A stretch of DNA of 64,000 bases from an uncultured Acidobacteriota bacterium (GTDB lineage Bacteria > Acidobacteriota > Thermoanaerobaculia > UBA5066 > Gp7-AA6): contig CAWINF010000001.1 of the NCBI GenBank assembly GCA_963837495.1, forward strand, positions 2,138,397 to 2,202,396. The letters are read 5' to 3'. Positions 19,319 through 27,772 of the stretch are shown here, in pieces. The stretch's first letter is position 1, and each line of letters opens with the position of its first letter. The notes below the pieces were generated by a model. That model did no database searches and was not told the DNA's origin. It worked only from the letters and a program-made list of their open reading frames with translations. Both the position numbers and the translations under genes were made by a program.

Positions 19319-21454
19319 TCAGTTCAGCGGGCACCCGCCGGGGCCATTGTTGAAGCCGTCGAGCCGGCTGGCCTCACTGAGAATCGTATTCCTGTTGCAG
19401 GACTGGAGCGCCGTGTTGACCTCACTGATGATCTGCGCCGTGCTCAACGGATAGTTGACGCTGCACGCGTTGAGCAGCGCCGAGATCCCCATCTGATAGA
19501 GCTTTGCCTGCGCATTGCAGACGGTAGGCCCGAACCCGGCCCCCTGGAGAGCGTGGAGGAACGTCAGACTGCTGAAGTTACAGCCACAGTCAGTGGTATC
19601 GAACACGGTCGAAACCAGCTGATTCTGCGTGTAGGCAGCGCACCAGGAATCGAAGTGCTGCGTCTGCTTCCAGTAGCCCGGAGTGCAGCCCTGGTTGCCC
19701 GGCGGGGGCGTGGCAGTCGGCGTATTCGTCGGGGTATTGGTCGGCGTATTGGTCGGCGTATTCGTCGGCGTATTCGTCGGGGTATTCGTCGGGGTATTCG
19801 TCGGGGTGTTGGTCGGCGTGTTCGTCGGCGTATTCGTCGGGGTGTTGGTCGGCGTATTCGTCGGCGTATTCGTCGGCGTATTCGTCGGGGTGTTGGTCGG
19901 CGTGTTGGTCGGAGTGTTGGTGTTGGTCGGGGTGTTCGTCGGAGTGTCGGTGGGGGTGTTGGTCGGCGTATTCGTCGGGGTGTTGGTCGGCGTGTTGGTC
20001 GGAGTGTTCGTCGGCGTATTCGTCGGCGTGTTGGTGGGGGTTGGAGTGTTTGTCGGAGTATTTGTCGGAGTATTTGTCGGCGTATTTGTCGGCGTATTGG
20101 TCGGCGTGGGCGTGCAGGCCAGAATCAGAACCGTGTTCGTGGCGCTGGCCGACACCGGAAGCGGAATGCCCCCGCCATTCGTGTCCGTGCCGGTGGCCGC
20201 GACTTGATCGGTGAAGAGAGTGGTCCCGCCCGGATCGCAGGGAGGCGCGGTCTCGGGTATGTTGCCACCGCAGGTATCCCCCGGCGTGCCAAGAGGCTGG
20301 AGAACAGTCACAGGAGTGCCGGCGGGGAATTCGCAGGGGATGGACACGGGCGTGCCGCCCGGAAAGGGAACCGTGTTCTGAACGGCGAGGTTGATGACCG
20401 TGTTTTCCGGGTCCTGGTTCTGGACCGTGTAGGAGCAAGAGAACGAGGCGCCCGGCGGCTCGACGGAGGGACAGGTCTTGGTTATCCCCAGACCGGTCGT
20501 GACATCAGGATTAGGGGCGTTGCCCCCTCTCCTACTGGTCAGCGTGGTGGTCGTCCGCGACGTGTGGGTGGCCTGACTCGACGTCATGCCCGTGGGGCAA
20601 GGCGTCAGAGCGCCCGTGGCGCTGAAGGTCCCCGTGAAATTGGAGTTTCCCTCGCCGCCCGCGCCGCCGGTCAGGAAGGCTTCGAAACTCGCCGGCTTGC
20701 CGGCGGCACCATCCTGCCCGTCCGCTCCCGTGTTGTTCGCCGCCCTGAGATTGGCGCCCTGGCTCGACTGCTCCTCGTCCACGGGCTTGACGGCGAGCGC
20801 GTTGTAGTCGTTGCCGAATGTGGTGTAGACCGCGGAGGCCCACTGCCACTTCGCGGTTACCCCGGGCGTGTCGGTGGAAAAGGCCGCCGACCAGGTAACC
20901 GAACCGATGCCCCCGGGCAGACCCCCGGCGGGAACCGGGAAGGCAAGGCCGGAGAGAAAAGCCCTCCCCGAAAGACGGCCGGGGACGATGGTGACCCAGC
21001 GATTGTTCGCGGCATCGAAGCCCGTCGAAGCGACCGTCGCCGCCGGGTCGATGACGACCGTGGCGGCCGGAACGGCCAGGCTGTAGCTCTTGCCGTTGGC
21101 GACGAACGAAATCGTCGAATCATTCAGGAAAATACTCGCCGGCTGGGCCGCGAGTCCATCGACTCGCAGAGCGCTGTTGAACCAGATGACGTTGCCCTCG
21201 GCGATCGAAGTCGCGTTGAAGCTCGATTCGATCGAACTCAACGCCGTGCACGATCTCTCCATCTGGGGGGTGGAGGGTACCGGGGTACCCCTCTGGGGAG
21301 AGCTGCCTCTCGCCAGAGACACCAGCGCGACACCCAGACACAAGACTCCCAGGCCAGACCAGATGCGCCACTTTCTGCGCACTCCGGCGGAACTTGCCCA
21401 GGCATCGAACCAGGAAAAACGCGACCCCACGCGACGGTGACGCCCTGAGTCCAT
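19319..21454 (-). CDS. Secreted modular surface protein with (TPTN)n linker, copy 2 (711 aa)
   Basis: GAGGAGGAG RBS before ATG 21454; near-identical to copy 1, with a linker 72 aa longer. Confidence 0.85.
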   Translation of the reverse strand: MDSGRHRRVGSRFSWFDAWASSAGVRRKWRIWSGLGVLCLGVALVSLARGSSPQRGTPVPSTPQMERSCTALSSIESSFNATSIAEGNVIWFNSALRVDGLAAQPASIFLNDSTISFVANGKSYSLAVPAATVVIDPAATVASTGFDAANNRWVTIVPGRLSGRAFLSGLAFPVPAGGLPGGIGSVTWSAAFSTDTPGVTAKWQWASAVYTTFGNDYNALAVKPVDEEQSSQGANLRAANNTGADGQDGAAGKPASFEAFLTGGAGGEGNSNFTGTFSATGALTPCPTGMTSSQATHTSRTTTTLTSRRGGNAPNPDVTTGLGITKTCPSVEPPGASFSCSYTVQNQDPENTVINLAVQNTVPFPGGTPVSIPCEFPAGTPVTVLQPLGTPGDTCGGNIPETAPPCDPGGTTLFTDQVAATGTDTNGGGIPLPVSASATNTVLILACTPTPTNTPTNTPTNTPTNTPTNTPTPTNTPTNTPTNTPTNTPTNTPTNTPTNTPTDTPTNTPTNTNTPTNTPTNTPTNTPTNTPTNTPTNTPTNTPTNTPTNTPTNTPTNTPTNTPTNTPTNTPTNTPTNTPTATPPPGNQGCTPGYWKQTQHFDSWCAAYTQNQLVSTVFDTTDCGCNFSSLTFLHALQGAGFGPTVCNAQAKLYQMGISALLNACSVNYPLSTAQIISEVNTALQSCNRNTILSEASRLDGFNNGPGGCPLN
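19713..20112. repeat. 12-bp coding tandem repeat (TPTN), long allele
   Basis: About 30 degenerate units; 216 bp longer than copy 1 (offset between copies is 2293 on one side and 2509 on the other). Confidence 0.9.
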
Positions 21455-21476
21455 GGTCTCCTCCTCTTCTGGGCGG

Positions 21477-21524
21477 AGAATATGCTCTCGAGAATACAAG
21501 AGTCAACTGGACTAAAGTCATAGG
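21477..21524 (-). promoter_or_regulatory. sigma70 promoter plus palindromic box, copy 2
   Basis: Minus strand CCTATGACTTTAGTCCAG-TTGACT-N18-TATTCT. Confidence 0.7.
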
Positions 21525-21688
21525 TTAAACGCCTTGAAGCCGTGCACGATGCGCATCTTCTCGATGCCGCCGAGGACGAAGAGGGAGAAGAGAACGTCCA
21601 GGAACTGCACCGCTACAAAGAGCCCGGCAAGCGACAGGCGCGGGTTGCAGCGTTTCGCCGCCAGAGAGACACCCTATCCGATGAACAT
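21518..21688 (-). pseudogene. Truncated remnant of a membrane-bound metal-dependent hydrolase (MFIGH family)
   Basis: Translates MFIG*GVSLAAKRCNPRLSLAGLFVAVQFLDVLFSLFVLGGIEKMRIVHGFKAFNL*; in-frame TAG at codon 5; 3' part missing. Confidence 0.7.
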
Positions 21689-21742
21689 GCGGCAATCCTG
21701 ACAGAGCGGCCCGCCGGCGAGTGGACGGCCTGCGATTGACAG

Positions 21743-22123
21743 CTACGACCGGGGGCGCCAGCGAAAGCGCTCCAGGCGGATGCACCCCCGCGCGTCGAAG
21801 ACCACTCTTTCCAGCTCGAGCCGGAGCCGCTGGAGAATCCCCGCCGGGCTGTCGCCGCTTCGGAGGCTGATCCGGCCCTCGGCGTTCACGACGCGGTGCC
21901 ATGGAATCCGGCTGCGCTCATCGAGCGCGCTCAAGGCGTAACCGACGAGACGAGCGTGCCCGGGCAGGTTCGCCAGCCGAGCGACCTGTCCGTAGGTCGC
22001 CACGCGCCCTCGAGGAATGCGGGCCACGACCGAATAGATCCGCTCGTGGCTCGCGGCTCCCTTCCCGAGCGTGCCGGATCCCGCTTTCGCGCGGCGCGGG
22101 CCCGCGACGTTTGTGCCCGTCAT
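21743..22123 (-). CDS. Alkyltransferase-like protein (ATL/YbaZ, MGMT family)
   Basis: IPRGRVATYGQVA...PWHRVV; Trp replaces the catalytic Cys of PCHR. Confidence 0.9.
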   Translation of the reverse strand: MTGTNVAGPRRAKAGSGTLGKGAASHERIYSVVARIPRGRVATYGQVARLANLPGHARLVGYALSALDERSRIPWHRVVNAEGRISLRSGDSPAGILQRLRLELERVVFDARGCIRLERFRWRPRS

Positions 22124-22347
22124 GAGCGGAAAGGCTATCGCCAGTTGCGATCAGCCATCGTCTCGAGCCGTCGCCCTCTCCCGTACCGGCGCCTCCGAAC
22201 GCTGACGCGCGCAGAGCCATCGAGTGTCAGCGAGAGGGGCGAAACATTGCAGTTAACGTCGGCGGCGACAACGGCCGCCGGAACCGCTCGTACCGTTATC
22301 TCGCTGGCTTTGAGAGGGTTGCCAGGAAATCTCCGGCCAGGCTGGCG

Positions 22348-22363
22348 TGGTACGCGGGTTGCT
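22348..22363 (+). promoter_or_regulatory. sigma54 (-24/-12) promoter candidate
   Basis: TGGTAC-GCGGG-TTGCT (GG-N10-GC); IHF-like motif at about 22297-22322; RBS AGGAGA before ATG 22402. Confidence 0.6.
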
Positions 22364-22401
22364 CTACTGTCCGAAGGGATTCGACTGCGATAGGAGAACA
22401 A

Positions 22402-22779
22402 ATGGATTCCATGTCGGCGGCCGTGTCGTTGACCTGCATCGCAGCCTCCACCCCGGTCGCCCTGGCCGGTGTCCGGGCGTACCGCCTGTATGGCGGGCTT
22501 CGCGAGGTGACCTGTCCCGAGACGATGGAGGCAGCCCTCGTCAAGATCCACGCCACACGCGCGATCGCCAGCAAACTCGCGGGCCAGAATCGACTCCCCC
22601 TGCGGTCCTGCTCGCGCTGGCCGGAAAAGAAGGGCTGCGACGAGGCCTGCGCCGTCCAGTTGAGAGCAAGGCCGAGCCGATGCCGCGCCGATTCCCTGCC
22701 GACTCTCTCGCGACCGGCGGCGGGACCGGCCGTCTCGTTTTCTCCAGGTGTCCGTCGAGCAGCCAGGGTTCGCGGCTGA
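22402..22779 (+). CDS. Small membrane-anchored Cys protein (VTCPET family), paralog of 13729
   Basis: VTCPET..SCSRWP..CDEAC; good RBS. Confidence 0.72.
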   Translation: MDSMSAAVSLTCIAASTPVALAGVRAYRLYGGLREVTCPETMEAALVKIHATRAIASKLAGQNRLPLRSCSRWPEKKGCDEACAVQLRARPSRCRADSLPTLSRPAAGPAVSFSPGVRRAARVRG

Positions 22780-22816
22780 GCGTCGAGGACCGGAGGGAGT
22801 CGCACGTCGCTCGAGG

Positions 22817-23587
22817 TCAGTGGGCAGGAGGGCCGGCCGTCGAATAGGTTAAATCCGCCCGCACCACGACAATTCTCGTTGTCGATGAGCGAACGAGCGG
22901 AACCGCCCTGGCATTGACGGCGAGAGCTCCGGCCTCGCCGAGGGCCTTCGTCAGGACCGGGCCGCCATCGATTTCCGCGAGGTTCTTGAGCATTCGCGAC
23001 GACACGACCTCGTTTCCCTCGCCGCCGAAGATGGGGCGCGATACGAGGAAGCGCGCGACGCCGGCCTTCTCCAGCGCGGGAACGTAGTCGTTCTTGAGCC
23101 AGGCCAGGTAGTCCTCCATCCTGCCCGGGGCCACCAGGGTCCTCGTCTCCAGCCAGTAGAGTCCCATCGGCACGTCTGCCTTGTTGATTTCAAGCCCCGG
23201 CTGCCGCACCGCGTACCGGCGGGTCTGTGCGGTGTAGCACCGGTCGGTTTTGCGGGACAGCTTCTTCCAGCCCTTCTCGCCCAGCACTCTCACGACAACC
23301 GGCGGACTGTCCAGGTCGCCGAATCTCGTGACCGGCACGACGGTCGTGTACTCCGTTGTGTCACCCGCGTAGTTCTGCAGCGTGAGAAACCAGGGAATCC
23401 CTGCCTTCTTGTAAGCCGCCACGATCTCTTTGAGAGAGGCCTCGTAGTCCTCCCGCATTTCGGGTTTTACCCTGGTTGTCGTCGAAGTGATCCACCCGGG
23501 CTCGGCATCGGTCTGCGCCAGGGAGACGGCGGAGAGAACGGCAACGAGAATCAGCGAGGTCAAACGCGGGGCAGGAATGCGGATCAT
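22817..23587 (-). CDS. Secreted protein with two NIPSNAP-like alpha/beta repeats
   Basis: Signal peptide; internal duplication (VKPEMREDY..YKKAGI / VAPGRMEDY..LEKAGV). Confidence 0.7.
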   Translation of the reverse strand: MIRIPAPRLTSLILVAVLSAVSLAQTDAEPGWITSTTTRVKPEMREDYEASLKEIVAAYKKAGIPWFLTLQNYAGDTTEYTTVVPVTRFGDLDSPPVVVRVLGEKGWKKLSRKTDRCYTAQTRRYAVRQPGLEINKADVPMGLYWLETRTLVAPGRMEDYLAWLKNDYVPALEKAGVARFLVSRPIFGGEGNEVVSSRMLKNLAEIDGGPVLTKALGEAGALAVNARAVPLVRSSTTRIVVVRADLTYSTAGPPAH

Positions 23588-23597
23588 GAGCGGATTA

Positions 23598-23633
23598 ATC
23601 CTCCGCTACGCCTCCGGGGGCGTAGCGGAGGAT
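23598..23633. other. Perfect 15-bp hairpin between co-oriented genes
   Basis: ATCCTCCGCTACGCC-TCCGGG-GGCGTAGCGGAGGAT; no T tract. Confidence 0.75.
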
Positions 23634-23663
23634 GACCTGTTCTATCCGATGCTTCCGGCGGCG

Positions 23664-24782
23664 CTACGGGAGAGGCCCGACCCTGTTCCAGGAGCAGGCG
23701 CCGCCCGTGCCATTGCACGCATTCAGGACGTCGGGACAATCGGTGCCCGTGCAAGTCAGGATCGCGGGAACAATCTGGCGCTGGCCCTCCGGTGTCAGTT
23801 CCAGCTTCATCACCTGCTTCAGATCGGCGCCGAGCAAGGCCGTTGCGTTGGTGAGCTGGTTTCCCAGCGCGTTGAACAGATTCACCATGTGAGTGTCGAG
23901 GGCGGTGAACTCGTTCGCGATGTGGTTGTCGACATCCGTGATGTGTGTGTTGGTGGCCGCAAACTCGCTCGTAATCTGGTTGTTGACGTTCGTGAGATGT
24001 GTATCCAGCGCCGAGATCTCGTTTGCGATGTGGTTGTCAACGTTGGTGATGTGCGTGTCGATCGTGTTGGCTGTGGTCTGGACATCGGCGAGATCATCGT
24101 GAATGTGATCGAGCCGTCTGAAATTGGCGTCGATCTGGTTTGCGGTGCCCTCCCCCGAGCAGAACGTTGCCGTGTCGAAGAAGCCGTTCGCGATATCGGC
24201 CGCGATCGCGAACGGAACGCACGCCAGTGAGCCGTTTTCGCCCAGGATGTCCTCGTTGCAAACCCAGGCCGCAGCGGCCAGGATCGAATTTGCGACCTCC
24301 TTGATAATGAGAAGCGCGTATCGGGAGTCGGCGCTCGTGTCCACCCCATCGCACCCGCCGGTGACGGGGACCGGGCCGGGAAAAGGGTCCGTGAGTGGTG
24401 ACAGGGCGCGATTCGTCTCGGCCGACTTCTGCTGGGTTTCCATCTTAGCGGCGAGGTACTGACTGGCCATCGTGCCGAAGGAAAGGTCGGGGACCTTGTT
24501 CTGTCCGAACGTCCTGGTCAACTGATCATCGGTAACCGACCGCATGGCTTCCCGCCCCTGGCGAGCACGCTCCTGACGCGCCTTGTCGCCCGTCGCTGCG
24601 GCCATGCGCTCGAAGTTGGACATCATGACGTCGTAATTCGCTCGGAAAGTCGCCCAGTCTTGCTGGGCATTCGAGGACGGTCCCGTCGAGTTCCCCAGAT
24701 TCTGTTCGGCACTCAAGGACGGTGCCAGCGCAGCCCCCAGAATCATCAACGCCGCAATCGCGTAAGGCCATCTCCGAGTCAT
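23664..24782 (-). CDS. Secreted Cys-containing protein with 18-residue coiled-coil repeats
   Basis: GAGGAG RBS; signal peptide; DTHITNVDNHIANEISAL-type repeats; Cys-rich C-terminus. Confidence 0.8.
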   Translation of the reverse strand: MTRRWPYAIAALMILGAALAPSLSAEQNLGNSTGPSSNAQQDWATFRANYDVMMSNFERMAAATGDKARQERARQGREAMRSVTDDQLTRTFGQNKVPDLSFGTMASQYLAAKMETQQKSAETNRALSPLTDPFPGPVPVTGGCDGVDTSADSRYALLIIKEVANSILAAAAWVCNEDILGENGSLACVPFAIAADIANGFFDTATFCSGEGTANQIDANFRRLDHIHDDLADVQTTANTIDTHITNVDNHIANEISALDTHLTNVNNQITSEFAATNTHITDVDNHIANEFTALDTHMVNLFNALGNQLTNATALLGADLKQVMKLELTPEGQRQIVPAILTCTGTDCPDVLNACNGTGGACSWNRVGPLP

Positions 24783-24954
24783 TCGTCGTCTCCTCGCGGA
24801 ATGGACATGGTTGTTAGACCGGTGCTGATGCCCTGTCCAAAGAGGCAGTCACCCTGCTGTCTTATCTGATAGGCGAGAGCTTGTACTCGCAGTCCGCCCT
24901 CAGGGTCAAGGGATTTTTGATGCGAATGCATTAGCTGACCGGAGGGGGTTCAAT

Positions 24955-25032
24955 GCCATTCCAGATCCTCCCGCGATCGCCAACACCGTCGTGGACGCCC
25001 TCTCCAATCAGGGCGTCAAGCACTTCGACATC
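24955..25032 (+). pseudogene. Micro-remnant of a CoxL/XdhA-type molybdoprotein C-terminus
   Basis: Reads AIPDPPAIANTVVDALSNQGVKHFDI, resembling the family pattern PPAxxNAVVDAL..GVRHIDM; no start codon. Confidence 0.55.
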
Positions 25033-25043
25033 CGCGCGGCGGT

Positions 25044-25817
25044 TTACTCCCAATTCGGGGAGCGTTTCTCCAGGAAGGCGCGAAGCCCCTCGGCGAAGTC
25101 GGGCGTGGCCGAAAGGTGGACGGCGGCCTCGAGCTCCAGGGCCAGGGCTGCGTCGTAGGGAAGATCGAGCCCCAGCGTGATGCAGCGCCGGATCGACGCG
25201 AGGGCGCGCGCCGGCTTGCGGGCCAGGGCCGCCGCGTAGGCCTGGACTTCCGCTCGAAGTTTCTCGGGAGCCACCACGAAGTCCACGAGCCCCATGCGGA
25301 GAGCCTCCTGCGCCGTGACGAGCGCGCCCTCGTAGAGAAACCGGAGGGACCTCGGCCGGCCCAGGAGACGGGCCAGGGACTGCGTCGTGCCCACGGGAGG
25401 GATGAAGCCGATGTTGATCTCGGGCTGCCCGAGGCGCGCGCCCTCCGCGGCAAAACGGACGTCGCAGTGGAGGACGATCTCCAGCCCGCCGCCCACGGCG
25501 GTTCCGTGGATGGCGCCGAGAAGCGGCTTCGGCGCCTGCCGGATCTCGCGGACCAGAGCGTGGCAGATTCCGACCCACTCCCGCATCTCTTGCTCCCGCA
25601 TCGCCTGCAGGACGCGAAGGTCCGCTCCCGTGGAGAAGAACTTCTCCAGCGCGCTCGCGATCACGACGACGCGGACGCCGGGATCCTGAAGGTGAGCCTT
25701 CAACGCGGCTCCGATCTCCCGGAGCATCGTCCAGTCGATGGCGTTGACGGGGGGCCGCCGGTACTCCAGCCACCCGACCCGTTCCTCGACGCTGATCCGA
25801 ACGAATTCGTAACTCAT
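25044..25817 (-). CDS. Enoyl-CoA hydratase/isomerase
   Basis: FSTGADL, AIHGTAVGGGLE, GQPEINIG and EGLRAFLEKR motifs. Confidence 0.93.
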   Translation of the reverse strand: MSYEFVRISVEERVGWLEYRRPPVNAIDWTMLREIGAALKAHLQDPGVRVVVIASALEKFFSTGADLRVLQAMREQEMREWVGICHALVREIRQAPKPLLGAIHGTAVGGGLEIVLHCDVRFAAEGARLGQPEINIGFIPPVGTTQSLARLLGRPRSLRFLYEGALVTAQEALRMGLVDFVVAPEKLRAEVQAYAAALARKPARALASIRRCITLGLDLPYDAALALELEAAVHLSATPDFAEGLRAFLEKRSPNWE

Positions 25818-25979
25818 CGTTCTTCGCTCCTCAGCTCGCGCCACCGCGACTGATTATCACGGCCGAGCAATCCCCTGGCATGAGGAGGAATACGTCAGTC
25901 ATCACAGACCTGGCGCGAGCGTCTTCCTGGCGCCATGCTGCGAGGAGCCGACGTCTTTCCGGGACGCTTCGAGGGTTCC

Positions 25980-26426
25980 CTATTTTCCCGCGGCGGCCAC
26001 GAGATCGGCGGCAGTCACCGGCCCGATCGCGAAGGTGTCGGTGTGCCAGGCGGCAAAGGTCCGGAACTCAAGGCTTGCCGCGAAACCCGTCTTGCGGCCG
26101 TGCTTCCTGGCGACTTCGTCCACCCTGGCCTGCTGGTCCTTGCTCAGCTCGGGGGCGATGGCGAGGTAGTCCCAGCTGTCGCCGTCGGTATGGGCGTAGA
26201 CCTGAACGGCCGGAAGGCCGGCCTCCTTGTTGATCGTGTCCTGCTCGGCCATCCATTTCAAGAAGTCCAGGTGTTTGCCGGGAGCGATGCGGTACAGCGA
26301 GACGATCGCGGCTGGCGGCTGCTTCGCCTCTTGCCTGGCCGTCTGAGCGCGCGCGGCGGGAGCGAAGAAGGAGAAGGCAACGAGAGCGAAGGGCAGCAAC
26401 GGAACCAAGCGGAGCCTGCGATTCAT
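25980..26426 (-). CDS. Secreted hypothetical protein (NIPSNAP-like fold possible)
   Basis: AAGGAGG RBS; signal peptide; YRIAPGKHLDFLKW..WDYL..WHTDT. Confidence 0.78.
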   Translation of the reverse strand: MNRRLRLVPLLPFALVAFSFFAPAARAQTARQEAKQPPAAIVSLYRIAPGKHLDFLKWMAEQDTINKEAGLPAVQVYAHTDGDSWDYLAIAPELSKDQQARVDEVARKHGRKTGFAASLEFRTFAAWHTDTFAIGPVTAADLVAAAGK

Positions 26427-26582
26427 GACGTCCTCCTTGGGTCGCCGCAAGAAGACTCGAGGCCCGGCGGGCACTCGCCCGCCGCGAGAAGCCTTCGCGC
26501 ATCCTGAAGCGAAAAGTGTGGCAGACTTTATGGCTCATCGCCGGGCGATGTCAAAGGCCCGGCGCGGCGGGGGCCGTGGAGG

Positions 26583-26975
26583 TCAGAAGCGGAGCCGGGC
26601 GGCGAGGCCGGAGGGGACGGGACGGATCACGAGGTCGACGCGGCGGCGCCCGGCGTCCTCGCGGCGGTGCCTCGCGACGAGGAATCTGCCCGTGACGGCT
26701 CCCATGAGTGCGCCGGCGGCGGCGTCGCTCGCGAAGTGCACGCGGTCGTTGACCCGGTCGAAGGCGACAACCGCGGCGGCGGTGTACGCGAACGCCGGCA
26801 CGACCCATCCCTCCGACCTCATGGCGACGACCGAGGCGATCGCGAAGGCTTGCGTCGTGCTGCGGGCGGAAGGAAAGGGAGTCATGGGAGGTGAAGGGCT
26901 TGAACGCCGTCTCACCGTCGGTCTCGAAAGGCCGCTCGCGCCCGGCGATCCGGCGTCGGATGATCCCGGCGATCC
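26583..26975 (-). pseudogene. Frameshifted, 5'-truncated PAP2 phosphatase
   Basis: GRERP..AFKPFTSHDS in one frame, then FPSARSTTQAFA...RVNDRVHFASD after a frameshift near 26878; the PSGH motif is degenerate. Confidence 0.72.
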
Positions 26976-26978
26976 GGC

Positions 26979-27626
26979 TCAGTTCCCGCCGGGCTTGCGT
27001 TCCTCGCGACGCGGAGACCGGGGCCGGTTGTCCGGCGGCCGGGCCGGCGCGGGACGAACGGGCCGAGGTTTCGCGGCTTCCGGTCTGCCGCCGTGCGGAC
27101 GCGGCGGCTGAGGCTGAGGCGCCGGGCGATTCACAGGCGGTCTGACGACCTCGCCGCGGCGAGGCCGAGCCGGCGGCCGGACACTGGGCGGACCGGGCCT
27201 CGGCTGCCGGATCCGGCGAGGCGGAGGCGGTCGGCGCACCCAGTAGGATCGCCTCGGGTACCAGGGACGCCCGCGGTAGTAGGTGTCCCAGTAAGGGCCG
27301 ATGGAGAACGTCACGATGGGAAAACCGAAAAGGGGACCGTGGCCGAGGATCACGACCCGCTGGTTCTGGTACGGGTATTCGAGATTGCCCGCGTACACCC
27401 AGCCGCGGTCGAAGCCCAGACTGACGTCGCACCAGGTCCAGTCCTCCGTGCAGCCGTTGACCTCGACGGGCGCGCCCCCGGGAATCCGCGCGACGAGCGG
27501 GTAGTCGCGGCTCGGGCCGGCGCGCACGTTGACCTCCCTGGCCGTGTAGGCAGTCTCGGCGGACAAGACCGCGGGAACGGCGAGGACGAAGCCGACCCCC
27601 AGCAGGAAGAAGCGTGTTCGTTTCGT
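26979..27626 (-). CDS. Secreted SH3b-domain protein with Pro/Arg-rich tail (YraI-like); start codon reads ACG
   Basis: VNVRAGPSRDYP..NGCTEDWTWCDV..RGWV. A signal peptide KRTRFFLLGVGFVLAVPAVLSA starts at ACG 27626 after AGGAGG. Confidence 0.8.
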   Translation of the reverse strand, partial: TKRTRFFLLGVGFVLAVPAVLSAETAYTAREVNVRAGPSRDYPLVARIPGGAPVEVNGCTEDWTWCDVSLGFDRGWVYAGNLEYPYQNQRVVILGHGPLFGFPIVTFSIGPYWDTYYRGRPWYPRRSYWVRRPPPPRRIRQPRPGPPSVRPPARPRRGEVVRPPVNRPAPQPQPPRPHGGRPEAAKPRPVRPAPARPPDNRPRSPRREERKPGGN

Positions 27627-27772
27627 GACCGCCTCCTGAACAACCGGAGTCTACATCCCCTCCCGAAATGCGGAACACGATTCCCGCCGCCGGGCACTTC
27701 GAGCGGACAGCCTCCCGGACCGGTGCACGGGGATGCTTGCGGTTTGTCTTGCGCGGGCGGTAGCGTAGGAAC

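Noticed and set aside
17420-20112. Regular 12-bp repeats as a possible CRISPR array
   Set aside because: No unique spacers and no cas genes; variation falls at wobble positions of TPTN codons, so these are coding repeats.
17390-20207. Plus-strand ORFs of (VGVL/VGVF)n and Arg/Gly repeats
   Set aside because: They are antisense shadows of the TPTN linker; the RBS, signal peptide and terminator all support the minus strand.
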